A program made the translations under genes and the position numbers. Of a DNA stretch of 64,000 nt, positions 62,996-64,000 are shown one piece after another. The notes under the pieces were generated by a model. The model ran no database searches and was not told the DNA's origin. It saw only the letters and a list, made by a program, of their open reading frames with translations. The stretch lies in assembly GCA_010909165.1 (NCBI GenBank), contig MU008200.1:248001-312000 (forward strand), given 5' to 3'. Position 1 is the stretch's first letter. Every line of letters starts with the position of its first letter. This stretch comes from Anthoceros angustus (lineage: Eukaryota > Plantae > Anthocerotophyta).

Positions 62996-64000
62996 ATATC
63001 ATCTCTAAGAAAGAGAGAGCTCAAACCTTTGTGTAAAGGATGGAGAGGAATTGTTGTAGCCACTAATGAAGAGCTACCTAGAAAGGACTCTTAATGATCA
63101 GTGGTCTGCAAAAATTCCTTGAGTTAGTAGCTCCCTAGTTAAGGCAAGTCTGCGGGATATATAAGGGTGAGAGCAAGGGCTTTGAAAAATCATCTTCATC
63201 ATCATTCAGTTTATGATGCGTTGCAAGCCTTATGTTGAGAGAGCTTTGGAGAGCTTTAGCTAGTGAGCTTGTCGTTGAATCAAGGGCAGTGGCTAGTGAG
63301 CTTGTCGTTGAATCAAGGGCAGTAGCTAGCCAGTTAGGCATAGATAGCCAAACTCAAGTGTGTATGCTATGAATAAAGAGCAGCACCTCAAGGAGGTGGC
63401 CTGTGAGTCATCAGTGGACGGTAGGCTACTTAGAGCCTAGTCACGAGTCATCGGTGCGAGTCATCGGTGGTGAGGCTACTTAGAGCCTAGTCACGAGTCA
63501 TCGGTGGTGCTACTTAGAGCCTAGTCAGTCATCGGTGCGAGTCATTAGTGGATGAGGCTACTTAGAGCCTAGTGCGAGTCATCGTGGACTGCGAGTCATT
63601 AGTGGACGGTGAGCTACTTAGAGCCTAGTCGAGTCATCGATGGTGCGAGTCATTAGTGGACGGTAGGCTACTTAGAGCCTAGTGCGAGTCATCAGTGGAC
63701 TGCGAGTCATTAGTGGACGGTAGGCTACTTAGAGCCTAGTGCTGCGTTGTAAGGTTGAGAGTGCTGAGAATCATGCATGTTTCTTGTGGAGTAAATTGCA
63801 AGGTCCTTGACTGCTGGGAAGCCAGCAAGTTGAGACACTTGCCGCTTCTTTACTAACCCCCTAGTGAAGGGCATTCCTATGCGTACATAGAAAGAGGAAC
63901 AAAACCGATAACTGTAAAGAAACGGTTCAGAGATCAAGCCAGGAGAAAAGGAGAATAGAATCTCAAAACATCCAGAAAATAGCCCCGGTGTGTTAGGGGT
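62996..64000 (+). mobile_element. Family-B-related LTR (long variant), runs off the window
   Basis: Aligns with 2540-3480. Confidence 0.8.
63400..63745 (+). repeat. Degenerate tandem array (GAGTCATTAGTGGACGGTAGGCTACTTAGAGCCTAGT-type units) inside LTR
   Basis: GCTACTTAGAGCCTAGT recurs about 7 times. The related LTRs at about 2910-2945 and 61105-61145 carry a single copy. Confidence 0.85.

Overview
This is eukaryotic nuclear DNA from a land plant. A non-seed, flagellate-sperm lineage is inferred from gene and TE content, but the species cannot be identified from sequence alone. There are three intron-containing host genes. A ZIP-family zinc transporter (At3g08650-like, minus, 4000-6430) lies head-to-head with a LAG1/LOH2-type ceramide synthase (plus, 7259-9370). 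A very large AT-rich gene (minus, about 25322-33650, 5' end unresolved) encodes about 2400 aa with a C-terminal non-RD protein kinase domain. Most of the rest is nested retroelement DNA: (a) family A, non-chromovirus Ty3/gypsy carrying an extra domain-plus-coiled-coil ORF (six pieces); (b) family B, chromovirus-like, with AG...CT LTR termini and a gag+chromodomain-only internal region; (c) copia-1, primed by a half-tRNA PBS; (d) copia-2, a young three-LTR tandem with TA...TA termini and a CATAC target-site duplication; (e) LINE fragments and tandem repeats. From 36 to 64 kb the sequence shows indels clustered at CAG/CTG and microhomology-bounded duplications. These look like unpolished long-read consensus, so frameshifts and some duplications there may be assembly artefacts. 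No rRNA, tRNA or CRISPR features were found.
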